A stretch of 64,000 bases of DNA, taken from the NCBI GenBank assembly GCA_010093605.1, contig MU004192.1:814882-878881 (forward strand), given 5' to 3'. Source of the stretch: Lophium mytilinum. Its lineage: Eukaryota. The notes beneath the pieces were generated by a model. It did no database searches, had not been told where the DNA came from, and saw only the letters and a list, made by a program, of their open reading frames with translations. This document shows positions 12,623 through 24,128 of this stretch, piece by piece (the first letter of the stretch is position 1; every line of letters begins with the position of its first letter). Position numbers and translations under genes: made by a program.

Positions 12623-13036
12623 AGATCTGATATGAAGTGATCTCCAACAACATGCCAAAATCGAGTTCAAATCGCACGGACTGGCTCCACTTCATACATC
12701 TCAACGCTGCCAAATGTACCCTATATCCAAGGTCTGATATAGGGCGTCCTCCAATAATATGCCAAAATCAAGTTCAAATTGCACGGACTGGCTCCACTTT
12801 ATACATCTCAACACTGCCAGATGTACCCTAAAGCCAAGGTCTGATAAAGAGTGACCTCCAATAGTATGCCCAAATCGAATTCAAATCGCACGGACTGGCT
12901 CCACTTCATACATCTTAACACCGCCAAATATACCCTGAATCCATGGTCTAATATGAGGCCTCCTCCAATAACATACCAAAAGCGAGTCCAAATCGCACGG
13001 ACTGGCTCCACTTTATACATCTTAACCATGCCAAAT
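12623..13036. repeat. 107-bp tandem repeat, about 4 copies, non-coding
   Basis: Core AAAT(C/T)GCACGGACTGGCTCCACTT(C/T)ATACATCT(C/T)AAC, with CGGACTGG at 12677, 12784, 12891 and 12998 (exact 107-bp spacing). Confidence 0.95.
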
Positions 13037-14060
13037 CAAGCCCAAGTTCCTTGTCTTATGCAGGCTGTCAGGCAATTCGCATCGCAAGAGTGACCGATAA
13101 CAAGTGTCGAACGACGTGCAAAAGTCAAGCAATCCGAATTCAGCGCTCTGTTGAATAGGATTGACCTACATTTGAGACATCACACTGGCCCCTCAAGAAT
13201 TATCCTGGGAAAGCGGGTTCGGTGTGTGCTTGAAAGGTTATGCCGGGGTTCGGGTCCTTGTAGGATGATTACTGCTGCGCGGATGCACCGAGGTCAAACG
13301 CGTGAAGTGAAATGATGGAAAGCTTCATATTTGCAGGAGACTAGACAAGAATAAATTATAAATTGGTAGAAGTTTCGTCTTCAGCTTCACATTTCGTGTC
13401 TTCTCTTGTTCTTCTACGCTGTTGAGCGCGCCTACCGATGACAACTTCGATGGAGCATGTCGACTTCATCGTAATAAGCGCTACGAACACATTCAATATA
13501 CTCAGAACTCGATAGATGAGAATCAGGTTTTAGTGCAAAACTCTTTGGACATACTACAGTGGTACATCGGCATATATGTTGTCATGCGAGCAGATCCGAC
13601 GAGTTCACATCAGGCGTAGAGAGTGCCTGGAGAGCTTACGTTGCTAATTCCCACATACATTGTATTTACAGCATCGCAAAACAAAATGGCGCTATCTACC
13701 AAGCAATTACGGCCAACTTCGCTAGCACATGGGACAAGTTCTGTCTAGTCGGTTTTAGCTGTAGTTTGCTTTCAGATCGCAACGTTTTTAGACGCTGGAA
13801 GTTGATGGAAGAGCCGCGCACGATACGAATTCACGTTTTATGAGATACGTCATCACAGAAGGAGCTCATCTTCCACTGACTCGATTCAATTGCTTGACAC
13901 GATCTTCAGGGGGGCCGATAGGCCAAATGCTTTCCAACGCCCGCTCATTACGTACCTGCCGCCCGTTTGATGCCTCGAGAGTACACCGATGTACCCCTCG
14001 AACAGCACAGTCGCATCAATGACAACCACACGGGGCGTCTCAGTGCACTGCCTAAAAGCT

Positions 14061-14636
14061 TTACTGTACTTTCTTCAACTTGCTGTTCCCACTGGGCCCT
14101 CCAACACCCATCCCATACTTGTACACCAGGTTTGCTCCCAGATACGCTGAAATTAGGACCATAGGGAATGTCACAGCTCCACTGATGACAATGTTCAGCG
14201 GTTCCGGCTTGTAATCGGTAGTAGTGCGCCTTGTCCACGCATTGTACACATTCCCAAAGACGACGAGATCGTTCAGAGCCGCGTGCGCGATTCCAGTCAA
14301 TGCCTTGGGGGTCTTCACGCCATCGCGTTGGACCAGGGGCATCAGCTGTGCAATGCCAGTGATCACAGAGGGAACTGCGGTGACTATGGCAAGAATATTG
14401 GTGTAGTATGAGAGGATCGGTATGGTCGCAAGGTAGATGTTGACGTCGGCCTTCTTTAGGGCTGAGAGGATAAGCGGGCCCGTGGTGGAGTTGGTCGCGG
14501 CCGCGTAGAAGATGTCGAGGAGCCCGCTGAGGATTGTGAAGGTAATAGGGAAGTGGACGGTCGCGGGGTGCACTGGGTGGCTACGGTGTGTTAGCTGAGT
14601 TCAATATGAGTATCTGTCCGTTAATTCTCACCCCAT
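14061..14636 (-). CDS. DUF2231-like predicted membrane protein; intron 14581-14631
   Basis: A 5-nt first exon ATGGG spliced (GTGAG...GCTAAC...TAG) to give MGHPVHPATVHFPI. Several hydrophobic segments, HAALN, and C-terminal LGANLVYKYGMGV. Confidence 0.75.
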
Positions 14637-15364
14637 TGTCGCGGTCTGATGATGAGTTCGGTAGGAGTAGTATGATATGCTAATTCGTTCGACACAGAAG
14701 TATACAATGGATGTGAGTAAAAGAAAAAGCGCGATTGGTCCTACATATCTACTGCGTAGCTACCTTTGTACCCTTGCAGATGGACTGGTAATGATGACGG
14801 CTGCATCCGAACCCTAAATCCCCCAGAGTTCTAGACATCTATTTAAAGATGTCATTGCATGTGTCAGTCAGTAGTCCCCTTTCGAGGTATACATTTCAGC
14901 GCAAATAGAAAGGCGTGACGAGCAGGACCACATGCTAGGCCATCGACGGCGCGATGAAGCAAGAGACGGACGCTGGCGTGGCAGGGCGTGGTGGGAATTG
15001 CGATGGGCTACGAACAAGCCAGTGCCACTACACTGCTATTAGACTAAGCCGCAAATGACGAACCACATTCTCAATGACTTTATCTGCCCCATTAGAATGC
15101 TCGCCTCATAGAGCATCAACTCTTGACTCTTGGGACACGAGTGTGGTTCAAAAAATAAGGTAACAGGACATTACGACTCAGTAGACTCGGAGGACGATCA
15201 GCATCAGGGGTCTGAAAGACACCAAGCCAAGCAATAGTGGCTGTGCGGGCTGCGGACTGTGCATGATGGCGTCCGCGTCCGATCTCCATCTCTTGCAGCT
15301 CATCTTGTCTTCTGCTTGATTTTTCATTATCTTGTTCGCGACATGCCCTTAGTGAAGATTCGGT

Positions 15365-17388
15365 ATGGACCAAGCGAAGGGGTCTCCAGCTCTGGTGGAC
15401 TGGCAGTCTGATGCGTATTGGAAGAACCGTCGTCTTTCGCCCGAGCAGCTCCAAGTCCACGACATTCGCTTGGAAGGATGGAGGGCAGATGTTGGTCCGA
15501 TGCTTGAGATGAAGGAGGTGTTGCCATCAACGCTGTTACCCGACTTGCAAAATCGCGACAAGCTTCTTAATTCCATGCGCCTTGAAGAGGCAACCAAAAA
15601 CCGAAATGAGCAGACCCAGCTGAAGAGTCTCGCCGCCGAGTATGGGTGGATGAACTGTTTGAGGAGTCGTGGCGTCCAGGAAACCATTTCCGACCCCCCC
15701 GATCTTCGGAAACTTCGGTGGATGTGAGGCAAAGAGATAGTTCATTGAATCTTCATAGCTAACACGCTTTTAGTCATATTTCGAGCAAGTTCTCTGATTA
15801 CCTTCATGGGGTACGTCAGTCTCCGTAGAGCAACATTTTTACGCAATTTTGGGGCTGACAACACCCTCAGTGCCTCTTAGCGCTTTCGGATTGGAGCGAA
15901 GACCCATCTGCTGTCGTTAACTCCCTCCATCAATTGGAACACTGTGTATCGCAAAATGAGCGTTTTTCGAAGCACGGGAGGTATTTTGCGCCATTCTTTC
16001 AGGATCTTCACAGTGGAAGTCCTCATGGAAAGAGTCCTGAAGACACACCGATGCTTCTCAGTGTTCCCTTTTTAGATTGGGCAATTCAAGGGCAGCCACC
16101 GCCACTACGATTTCAGGTAGATCCTCGTGAGGGCTATCAGTCTAGCAAATCGACATCCCATATGCTACGGTCGATATTGCAACATTTCTACCGCCTCGAA
16201 GATACCAGCGACCGAGAAAGCCAACAGGTAGGCTTATACGGCCCATGATTACGACTTGTCTTACTCGTTCAGGTCTTTACGAAGCATAAGCCATGGATAA
16301 CTGACCGTGACCTCGATCTGAAGGTCCGCCGTTGGTATGGACGCTATCCATCTAGCCTCAACGTCGATGAGCTATGGATCTTGGTCATCGATTCGCGCCA
16401 TATAGTCACGTTCTCAAGCAACCAAAGCTGGAAGTCTCGCTGGCCGCCTCTCCAGCTCGCATCTAGGATAATGGAAGTGTCTTTTCGAGGAATCCGGAAC
16501 TCTTTCCTATCCTCGGACAACCAGGATTACACGTCATCCATTCACGTTATCACGGCCTTGGGTGGTGCTCTAGGCATGTTACATCGAAGCTTTTGGACCG
16601 ACATAACGCTTTGTCTCTCAGACCGCTATGCCAGCTACCTAGGCCAGTTGCAATACCGGCTTCATAGAAGCCCAAGCACGAAGCTTGTCATGGATCTTCT
16701 CCAAGTCCAAGAAGAACTCAACATCATAATCCAGATTATGGATCAGCAAATCGAGCTCGTGACAGATCTTCAAGCTGTGTACAACGGAATCACTGGCAGA
16801 AAACGAGGACAGTCACGCAGCTCGACCAAATCATATCGCCATCATGCGAGCGAGTCTCTACCACATCCAGATAGAGCAACGTACAGGCAGTATTCCTTCT
16901 CTACGCTCACAGACCCAATTTCACAGCTTTTGGAAAATCTCCAGCGCGAATATGTCGACTTGTGCGATCTTCGCGAGAACAGTAACGCACTTATCAATCG
17001 CACGATCCAGCTGGTCAACATTCGCCTCGAAGATCACGGCAAAGCTATTCTGGTGTTCACTATCGTTACCATAATATTCCTTCCTCTCTCATTCGTCTCC
17101 AGCTTCTTCGGTATGAACTTCTCCGATATACGCAATATGGATAGTACGCAGGGTTTATTTTGGATTATTTCCGGGGCTCTGACGGTCGGCACCGTTGGCT
17201 TTGCGATATTCCTGGCATTCTATGGCGGTTCCCTCATGGAATGGTTCTTCGGGTGGAGAGAAAATCGCCGGCGCCGGGTCAAACCCCCAGATCGTCCTGC
17301 CCTATATCCACCAGACAGGCGGCAGGGAGCGTTCAGGAACTTTGAAGTCTTGGATGTTATTCGACCTAGCCGCAGTGGGTTGTTCTAG
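15365..17388 (+). CDS. Fungal protein with C-terminal CorA/ZntB-like Mg2+-transporter domain; introns ~15724-15773, 15811-15870, 16228-16272; 5' end uncertain
   Basis: Spliced reading RWI|HISSKF...LHG|CLLALSDW...ESQQ|VFTKH, then VDELWILVID. Two C-terminal TM segments with FTIVTIIFLPLSFVSSFFGMN (GMN signature). Confidence 0.8.
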
Positions 17389-18076
17389 GGTGCCCACCTC
17401 TCAGCGTGCTCCACGCCTGTGCAGCTAATCCCATGTTCGCGATTGTTCCACACCAGGACCATCCAATGAAACTATGCTTGCCGCTATGGATACCACTCCT
17501 TTGTGTGACAGATATAGCCAATTAGCGTGCCGCGGTGCGAAACTTGCGATAACTTTTCTGTCTCACACGGGTCTGAGCGTCTTGGTTTTAGATGGCGACG
17601 GGCATCCAAACCAATAGCAAATTCCACTACAATGGGTTTGAAGTCAGATTTAAGGCTTGCTGTGGCTGACTAGAACAGCTAGGCAATCCGTCAGACGAAC
17701 TTGAAGCACAGTTTTCTCCCAAGCCTCTACAGCTATGCCTGCACTGCTTTCAAGCTGAGTTGTTTGCGTTGAGATGTAACACACTGTAGGTAGCCGATAG
17801 ACGTGTCACAATCAGCTCGGGTTTTCAGTTAAACGACAATCGCAGCAGCTCATTCTATTTGGCCAGACAATCAGGGTGCCGTTTGTCTTACATCGACCCA
17901 CATATCCTCCCGGCACTTGTAATAAGAATAGCAGGTCTGCCCGCCGCCTCAATTCTCTCATTCCTGTACGATTTGCTTTCGTTCGTCGTCATCGAGATCA
18001 TATAGACTGAACCGATTCACCCGCGGCTTTCCTCATCGACTCAATCTTAGCAGCACTTCCTCTTGCAGCTGTGTTC

Positions 18077-19774
18077 ATGGCTTCTAATCCGGTTCTTAGA
18101 TGGGCTATCACGCGCCAAGGGGGAGGTATAGTGCCTCTGATTCCTGCGGACGAACTCCCGCCAGAGGTTCAACTTCAAGGCATGCCCCGGATTTTGGCGT
18201 TCTCGGACTTGTCTGGCCAGAAACTAGAGTTCATCGAGACTGACGCGCCTGCCATGACACGCACATACCAGCTCGCAGCTCGTATGAATATGGTAGCTCC
18301 TCCACCAGCAACTCAGTACACGGCGCCTGTATTCCAGGCTCCAGATGCTCTGACACGTCCTATTGCTGGGAAGGATGTCGAGGACGTAGCACGGGGAAAT
18401 TTCATTCCTCAAAGTCAATCTTCATCTTTTCCACTATCTTCGGGGCTTCGTTATTCTGCTGTGGGACCGATGGCACGAGAAAGCTGGCGATCTCAACACC
18501 CCACCCCCTCCGTCGCCCCAGGCCGCTCTATAAGCGATGCAATAGCAAGTATCGATCCTGCTGCGGCTGAACGTATTGGCTACCCAGGCGCGCGCCACCC
18601 TCCACCCTCCGGTGTGGACCCCGATTCATCGAAGAAGGTGTATTGTACCTATTGGATCCGGACAGGCGAGTGCGACTATATGCAGCAAGGTTGCATCTAC
18701 AAACACGAAATGCCCAGCCCAGCCAAGCTCAGAGAGCTGGGCTTCAAGGAAGTACCAAGGTGGTGGAAAGAAAAGAACGCGATCATCCCGGGGCAAGGGG
18801 TCTTGCGTCCTGCAATTCGAGACCTTTCGTGGGTTCATCGAGGTGGTCGTCCGGATGAGGCAGTCTTTGACAGTTCCAGTGATGAAAGCGATGGTGCACA
18901 GAATGTCCAAACTCCAAAGTCGTTGCCCTCTGCGACCATCCCCACAGATGCAACCGCTACCTTGAAGGCGAAACCCTCGAAAACAGAAAAGTCGCCTCTT
19001 CCTGAAGACATCCCCGAGTTAGCACCTCCCTTGTATAGTCAAGATGACTCTAGCTCTTCGACGACAACTTCGATGCCCCGGACGCCTCCGATGCCGCAAG
19101 ATGTTGATCTCATTTCCCTAGAGGATGACGATCTTCACTCATTAGATGAGCCGGCGTGTCTCATTCCTAGCAAGCCTGAACATGCTTCTAGTCGCCTCCA
19201 ACAAACACCCGATCGCTCTTCGAATCATCGCGTGTCCCAGCGAAACGTTTCCGCAGAGTGCAAGGCCACAGAGCCAACAGTTTCCTATCCACTGAAGGCC
19301 TCGAAGGCTCGCGTGGTGCGCCCTAGTACTCCCCGTGCAGGCCGCAATGAACCCACGGAAGCCGCATCGCCTTCAAAGATTCTGCCCCATGAACGGCGTG
19401 AGCGACGTTCTACGGAAAAGGACGCCCCTAGCACTGGACTCTCCACTTCCAAGTTCGCCTCAGCCGCTCAGGATCCGAGAAAGGCGAAGGCTGTAGTTGC
19501 TCCTAACAGCTCTGGCGCCGGTCAGCAAGTACGAGAACACCGGACCGAAGCTCACCGCAACGCTGCTAGACACCAGCAGAGCCGCACTTCTAACAGCACC
19601 CACCGTACCCTACCAGAGGTGGCAGATGTCCCAACCAGCATTAATAAACGCGGATATCCGCCATCCAATGCTGGAGGACGCAAGAAGCCCACACCCAGGG
19701 CGACCAGAAAGACCGTTTTCGTTCCTGCTACCGAACCTCGACCCGTTGCGCAGCCTCCGAAGGCAACTACTTAG
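18077..19774 (+). CDS. CCCH zinc-finger protein with long disordered C-terminus
   Basis: N-terminal IVPLIPADELP and CCCH finger KKVYCTYWIRTGECDYMQQGCIYKHEMP followed by LGFKEVPRWW. Confidence 0.82.
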   Translation: MASNPVLRWAITRQGGGIVPLIPADELPPEVQLQGMPRILAFSDLSGQKLEFIETDAPAMTRTYQLAARMNMVAPPPATQYTAPVFQAPDALTRPIAGKDVEDVARGNFIPQSQSSSFPLSSGLRYSAVGPMARESWRSQHPTPSVAPGRSISDAIASIDPAAAERIGYPGARHPPPSGVDPDSSKKVYCTYWIRTGECDYMQQGCIYKHEMPSPAKLRELGFKEVPRWWKEKNAIIPGQGVLRPAIRDLSWVHRGGRPDEAVFDSSSDESDGAQNVQTPKSLPSATIPTDATATLKAKPSKTEKSPLPEDIPELAPPLYSQDDSSSSTTTSMPRTPPMPQDVDLISLEDDDLHSLDEPACLIPSKPEHASSRLQQTPDRSSNHRVSQRNVSAECKATEPTVSYPLKASKARVVRPSTPRAGRNEPTEAASPSKILPHERRERRSTEKDAPSTGLSTSKFASAAQDPRKAKAVVAPNSSGAGQQVREHRTEAHRNAARHQQSRTSNSTHRTLPEVADVPTSINKRGYPPSNAGGRKKPTPRATRKTVFVPATEPRPVAQPPKATT

Positions 19775-21020
19775 CACTAAAGATGGATTGATATTGAGCG
19801 GTGAGCAAGGCATCATTTCAATGGAGAGCTTCTGCCTTGGCGCTTTTCGCGTAGGGCACCGAGCTACGTGAACTATATGGCGGTATGCTTGATATATCTC
19901 AAGAGTTACATTTATCTGGCTTTCTTTCTTCTTTCTTATTTGCATGTATTCTTACGACTCTCGGTACATCCTGGAGGGTGGGGATAATTGGTACATCGGC
20001 TGAGCTGTGTCTGATGATAGTAGACATTCGGGTCCAGCAGGGGTTTCGGTTCTATAGTTCTAAAAAGATATCAATTAACTTTCGGGAATGTTTTCTCCAG
20101 CCCTGTCCCTTCATGTGGCCACAAGTTGATTGTGATGTTCATGCTATATTTAATCAATAGCTCTGTGTGCTAGTAGATGCCTAGTCCCAATGTGATGGAG
20201 ATTCTGGCTCTTTTGTGGAGTATCAAGCTTGCTGCACGCTCCTGACCAACTCACCCAAATTCTGCCCATGAGGAAAAACTATTCCCATAGCTCCGCATCA
20301 AATGATTCACAAAAATCAATGACGACCTCGGCGGTGACAGTCAAAAACGCGATACCAAAAGCGGAAGGAGAATTGCCGAGCTCGTGGGCGTGTTTTGCGG
20401 GGGGACAACCTTGGAACGATAAGCTCCCTGTCTTTCACCACCACCTTTCATCGACTCCGCCCGCTCGGGTGGCAGCCTGCATCCGACAACCCGTTTCCCA
20501 CCTCCATCGCGTCGTCTTGCGAGCTCCAGTAGCATGCGTCATAATGTCCTCCGATGCTTGTTGGCTGCAATCCCGCTGCTTTGCTATCAACACGAGCAAC
20601 CTTGGCCGCCACCGTGAATCCAACGCTCGCTGCATGCCCATGCAGCACCTACAGGCCGAAGGGCGCAAGCCTTGCCCGCTTTACCCAAGCCCCAGGCACC
20701 TGGCTTCGGGTACTTACCATTCCACGTTACCAACATGGATTGTAGACCTTATCGACGAGACTGTGGGGTGCCGATATAGCAGCGCTGACCGTATTTCAAG
20801 GATTCTGCGCCAATGCACAGAGATTTACAAATCCTATTAGAATTGAGAAGATGTGCATGCCTGGCGGTGATCAGAGCTAAGATGAATAGTTCATCCGACG
20901 CTTCCTGTGCAGAGGCTCAAATACTACAAGAGCTGCGGGTGTCTTTGGATATCTATTCGCTCACTGAAGTCTTCACAATCCCTTCTACCTAATTCCTCGC
21001 GGAGTACACTCCCATTCAAT

Positions 21021-23363
21021 ATGGGTCCAGTCGCTCAGTTCCTCAGTGTCATACTAAGCATCTCGTTCACTCGTGTCTACGCTGCCTTTTCTCCATCCGG
21101 ATCCACAGTCTTCGTCAACGACATCGCTTACTTCGTTCCGCCAGACGTCGTGGGAACGCTGCCGAGCAAATCCCAGGACTTCACCTCCAAGTTTCATGGC
21201 TCGCTAGGACCTGTTCCTGTCACTGTAATCACTATCTCGAAACCTGGTTTCCAGGTCTCTGATTTGTCGGCCCTTGCGGCGAACTTTTCCGCTTCCGATG
21301 ATGTTTTCCAGGCTGGGTTCTTAGAAGGTCGGTGACATCTCGGTATCAAAATTGCAGGGCTTCAATATGTTTCACAATTCACTCAATGTGCTTTGGCTCA
21401 ACACCGTCTGAGCCATCCTGGGAAGCTATTAGCCTTGCCAAAATTGTCCAGCTCCTACTTTATCAAAATATCTCAAGTGGTACCAGGCAAGCGTGCACAG
21501 CACTAAAACAGGGCTCGTTCAAGGAAAGACATCATCAAACCTACTTTTGATAGCTCGACGGCGGCTCTAGCGTCCGCGGGCCTACGATCCAGTTGTGTTG
21601 ATAGTTTCCTTGCTTTCATTCAGATGTTTGATGTGCATTCGAGCACCCACAGCAGTGCGCGTAACTGTTGCAGAAATTCTGGAGCTAACCAGATACAGCT
21701 CTCTACGTTCAATACACTGGCCATGGCAATCCTTCGGCGCCCCAAATCTGCTCTCAGAATGCCGCGAAAGCAGTCATTACCAGCAATACGCAACACCCTA
21801 TTCCATCAGGCCCTTACTTTGTCACTTTAGCAGGTACATTGCATAGAGCTTACAGACTGTACTCCGATTTTGCTGGCGCTTTCACCGAGACTGCCATTGA
21901 GAATTCTGAAGGCGTGTTCTCCGTCCTTCCGGCCGGCATTGTCGGCCAATCGCTAGCAGTTGCGGTACCATCCAGGCTCTACTTTACCAAAACTGCGGAC
22001 AAACCACTGGCAGGCGTTCGTCTCGGCGTCAAAGACATCTACGACATTGCAGGCTTGAAAACTAGCAATGGCAATCGTGCTTGGTACGGCCTGTATCCAC
22101 CAGCAAACAAGACGGCCGTCGCAGTGCAGAATTTGATCGATGCCGGCGCAATCGTGGTTGGAAAGATGCTCACCAGTCAGTTTGCCAACGGAGAGACTGC
22201 TACCGCTGATTGGGTTGACTATCACGAGCCATTCAACCCACGTGGCGACGGCTATCAAGACACATCCTCTTCTTCCTCTGGGCCAGGTGCAGGCGAAGGG
22301 TCGTACCCGTGGCTTGACATCACAATTGGATCCGACACTGGTGGATCTATCCGCGGCCCTAGCGAGGTTCAAGGCTTGTATGGGAATAGGCCTTCGCATG
22401 GTCTCGTGGAGTTGACTGGCGTTATGCCACTTGCTCCTGAGCTTGATACTGCCGGACTGCTCACTCGCGACCCCGTTCTCTGGACCGCAGCTGCTAAAGC
22501 CTTATACAAAGAAAACATTACCGTGACGTCGAAGTATCCCTCGAAAATACTTACCGTCGAGTTCCCAGAGTCTGCAGATGTAATCGCCGATGGCTTGATC
22601 CTCGACTTCCTAGCCAATTTGACCGACTTTCTCAACGCCAACGTGACTGCACTCAACTTCACCACTGCATGGGCCTCCGATAACCCCTCTGCCGGTGACA
22701 TCAACGTAATCCTGAATACCACCTACCCCCTACTCATATCCAAGGAGCAGATCAAGCTGGTTAGGGAGCCATTCTACGCCGACTATGCTGCTGCTCATGA
22801 TGGGCGGCGGCCATTCATCGATCCAACCCCCTTGATCCGATGGAGCTACGGCGACAACTCGTCTTCGACTATTGAAGAAGCTGTGGCCAACAAAACTCAG
22901 TTCATGGACTGGTTCAATAGCAAAGTGCTTGCTCCAGATGCTGAGACCTGCTCAAAGAGCTTGTTGCTCTACGTCGGCAGTGACGCGTCGACTGTCTACC
23001 GCAACGTGTATAGGAGCGCACCTGGCGTCCCCTTTGGGTTCTCAAGCGGCAGGATATCGGTCTTTAGTGAGGCGCCGGACTTTGTGGTTCCCAGTAAGTG
23101 ATCTCACTTCGTTTGCGACGATGAAGCTAACTGACAATCACTTCGAAGTTGGTCAAGCACCGTACAACTCAACGGTAACGCAGCATGTTGAGTATCTCCC
23201 GGTCACTGTCGACATGATGGTGGCGAAGGGGTGCGATGGCATGCTTTTCTCCTTGATAGAAGACTTACTGGCTGCTGGGCTTGTCCAGGTCGCGAAGACG
23301 GGATATAGCGGCATTGATGGTGGAGATGTCTTGCTCAAAAGGAGCTTGGAATTCGAGCAATGA
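21021..23363 (+). CDS. Secreted amidase-signature family protein (GatA-like annotation); introns 21328-21698 and 23094-23148
   Basis: Signal-peptide-like [21 protein letters not shown]; spliced [11 protein letters not shown]. Catalytic motifs [16 protein letters not shown] and GSDTGGSIR; final exon IGQAPYNS...GCDGMLF. Confidence 0.88.
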
Positions 23364-24128
23364 AGGGGTCCTCTCTGAATGATGGCGCGCAGATACGCGC
23401 ACCCCATTCAAAAGATATGACTGAAAGTCAAGAGCAGGTGAGACTCGAATAGACTTAATATAGGCATGCCTTGGAGTGGTAGAACCTTCTCTCCTTCTCT
23501 CAAGCGTTCTAGAGTGCCCCATAAACAGATCTATACGCTCAATTGCCACTCTTCGGGGTACTTCACTGGCTCCTCAACAAGTGATCGCGTATCGTTTTGA
23601 CGGCTTTCATAGCTCGTCGAGTTGCCCCAAGAAGTCGTAAACGTGTATAAGCAGACTCATGGCGAGGCGTTGTAATACTCTACTGAACTTCTGTAATGAG
23701 TATTCGAGATCGAATAGCAAATTGAGACAACAGACGACGATATGACTGAATGAATGCGAGCCTATGTGACTGTCGTCAAAACCACGTTCTCGAGCTAATT
23801 AAGTGGCTGCCGCTGGTCAAAGGCTCCTTAGGGAGGCAAATCTGATTGTGGAGTTCCTAGAAGAGACCTCCTGATTCGCCCGTGCACCCAGCCTTGCCCT
23901 AGGGGAAAGCCAAGAACACTTACGCGCTAACTAAAAGACGTGCATACCCTCCACCTCCATTTTCCGTACCTACTTTCACACCCACCACTTCTCCCTCTCC
24001 GTCACGACGCGCAGTCCCCCACAACCAACTTCACGTCTCCATCACGCCAGCCATCAGAATCACGATCGCGCCTCAATTCTCTCTCCCATCAAGCTCCACC
24101 TATATTGCGTATCGCCCGTTTGGGCAGT

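Noticed and set aside
12623..13036. CRISPR array interpretation of the conserved-core repeat
   Set aside because: The linkers are homologous to each other rather than unique spacers, there are no cas genes, and the context is eukaryotic.
13205..13265. tRNA/SINE-like GGTTCG motifs downstream of the 107-bp array
   Set aside because: No cloverleaf or properly spaced A box could be built.
20229..20840. 203-aa ORF upstream of the amidase
   Set aside because: Non-ATG start, no motif and no evident coding bias; probably promoter DNA.
21328..21698. snoRNA inside the long amidase intron (also the PLC-like gene intron 7119-7377)
   Set aside because: No convincing paired C/D or H/ACA boxes with a terminal stem; an Infernal/Rfam scan would be needed.
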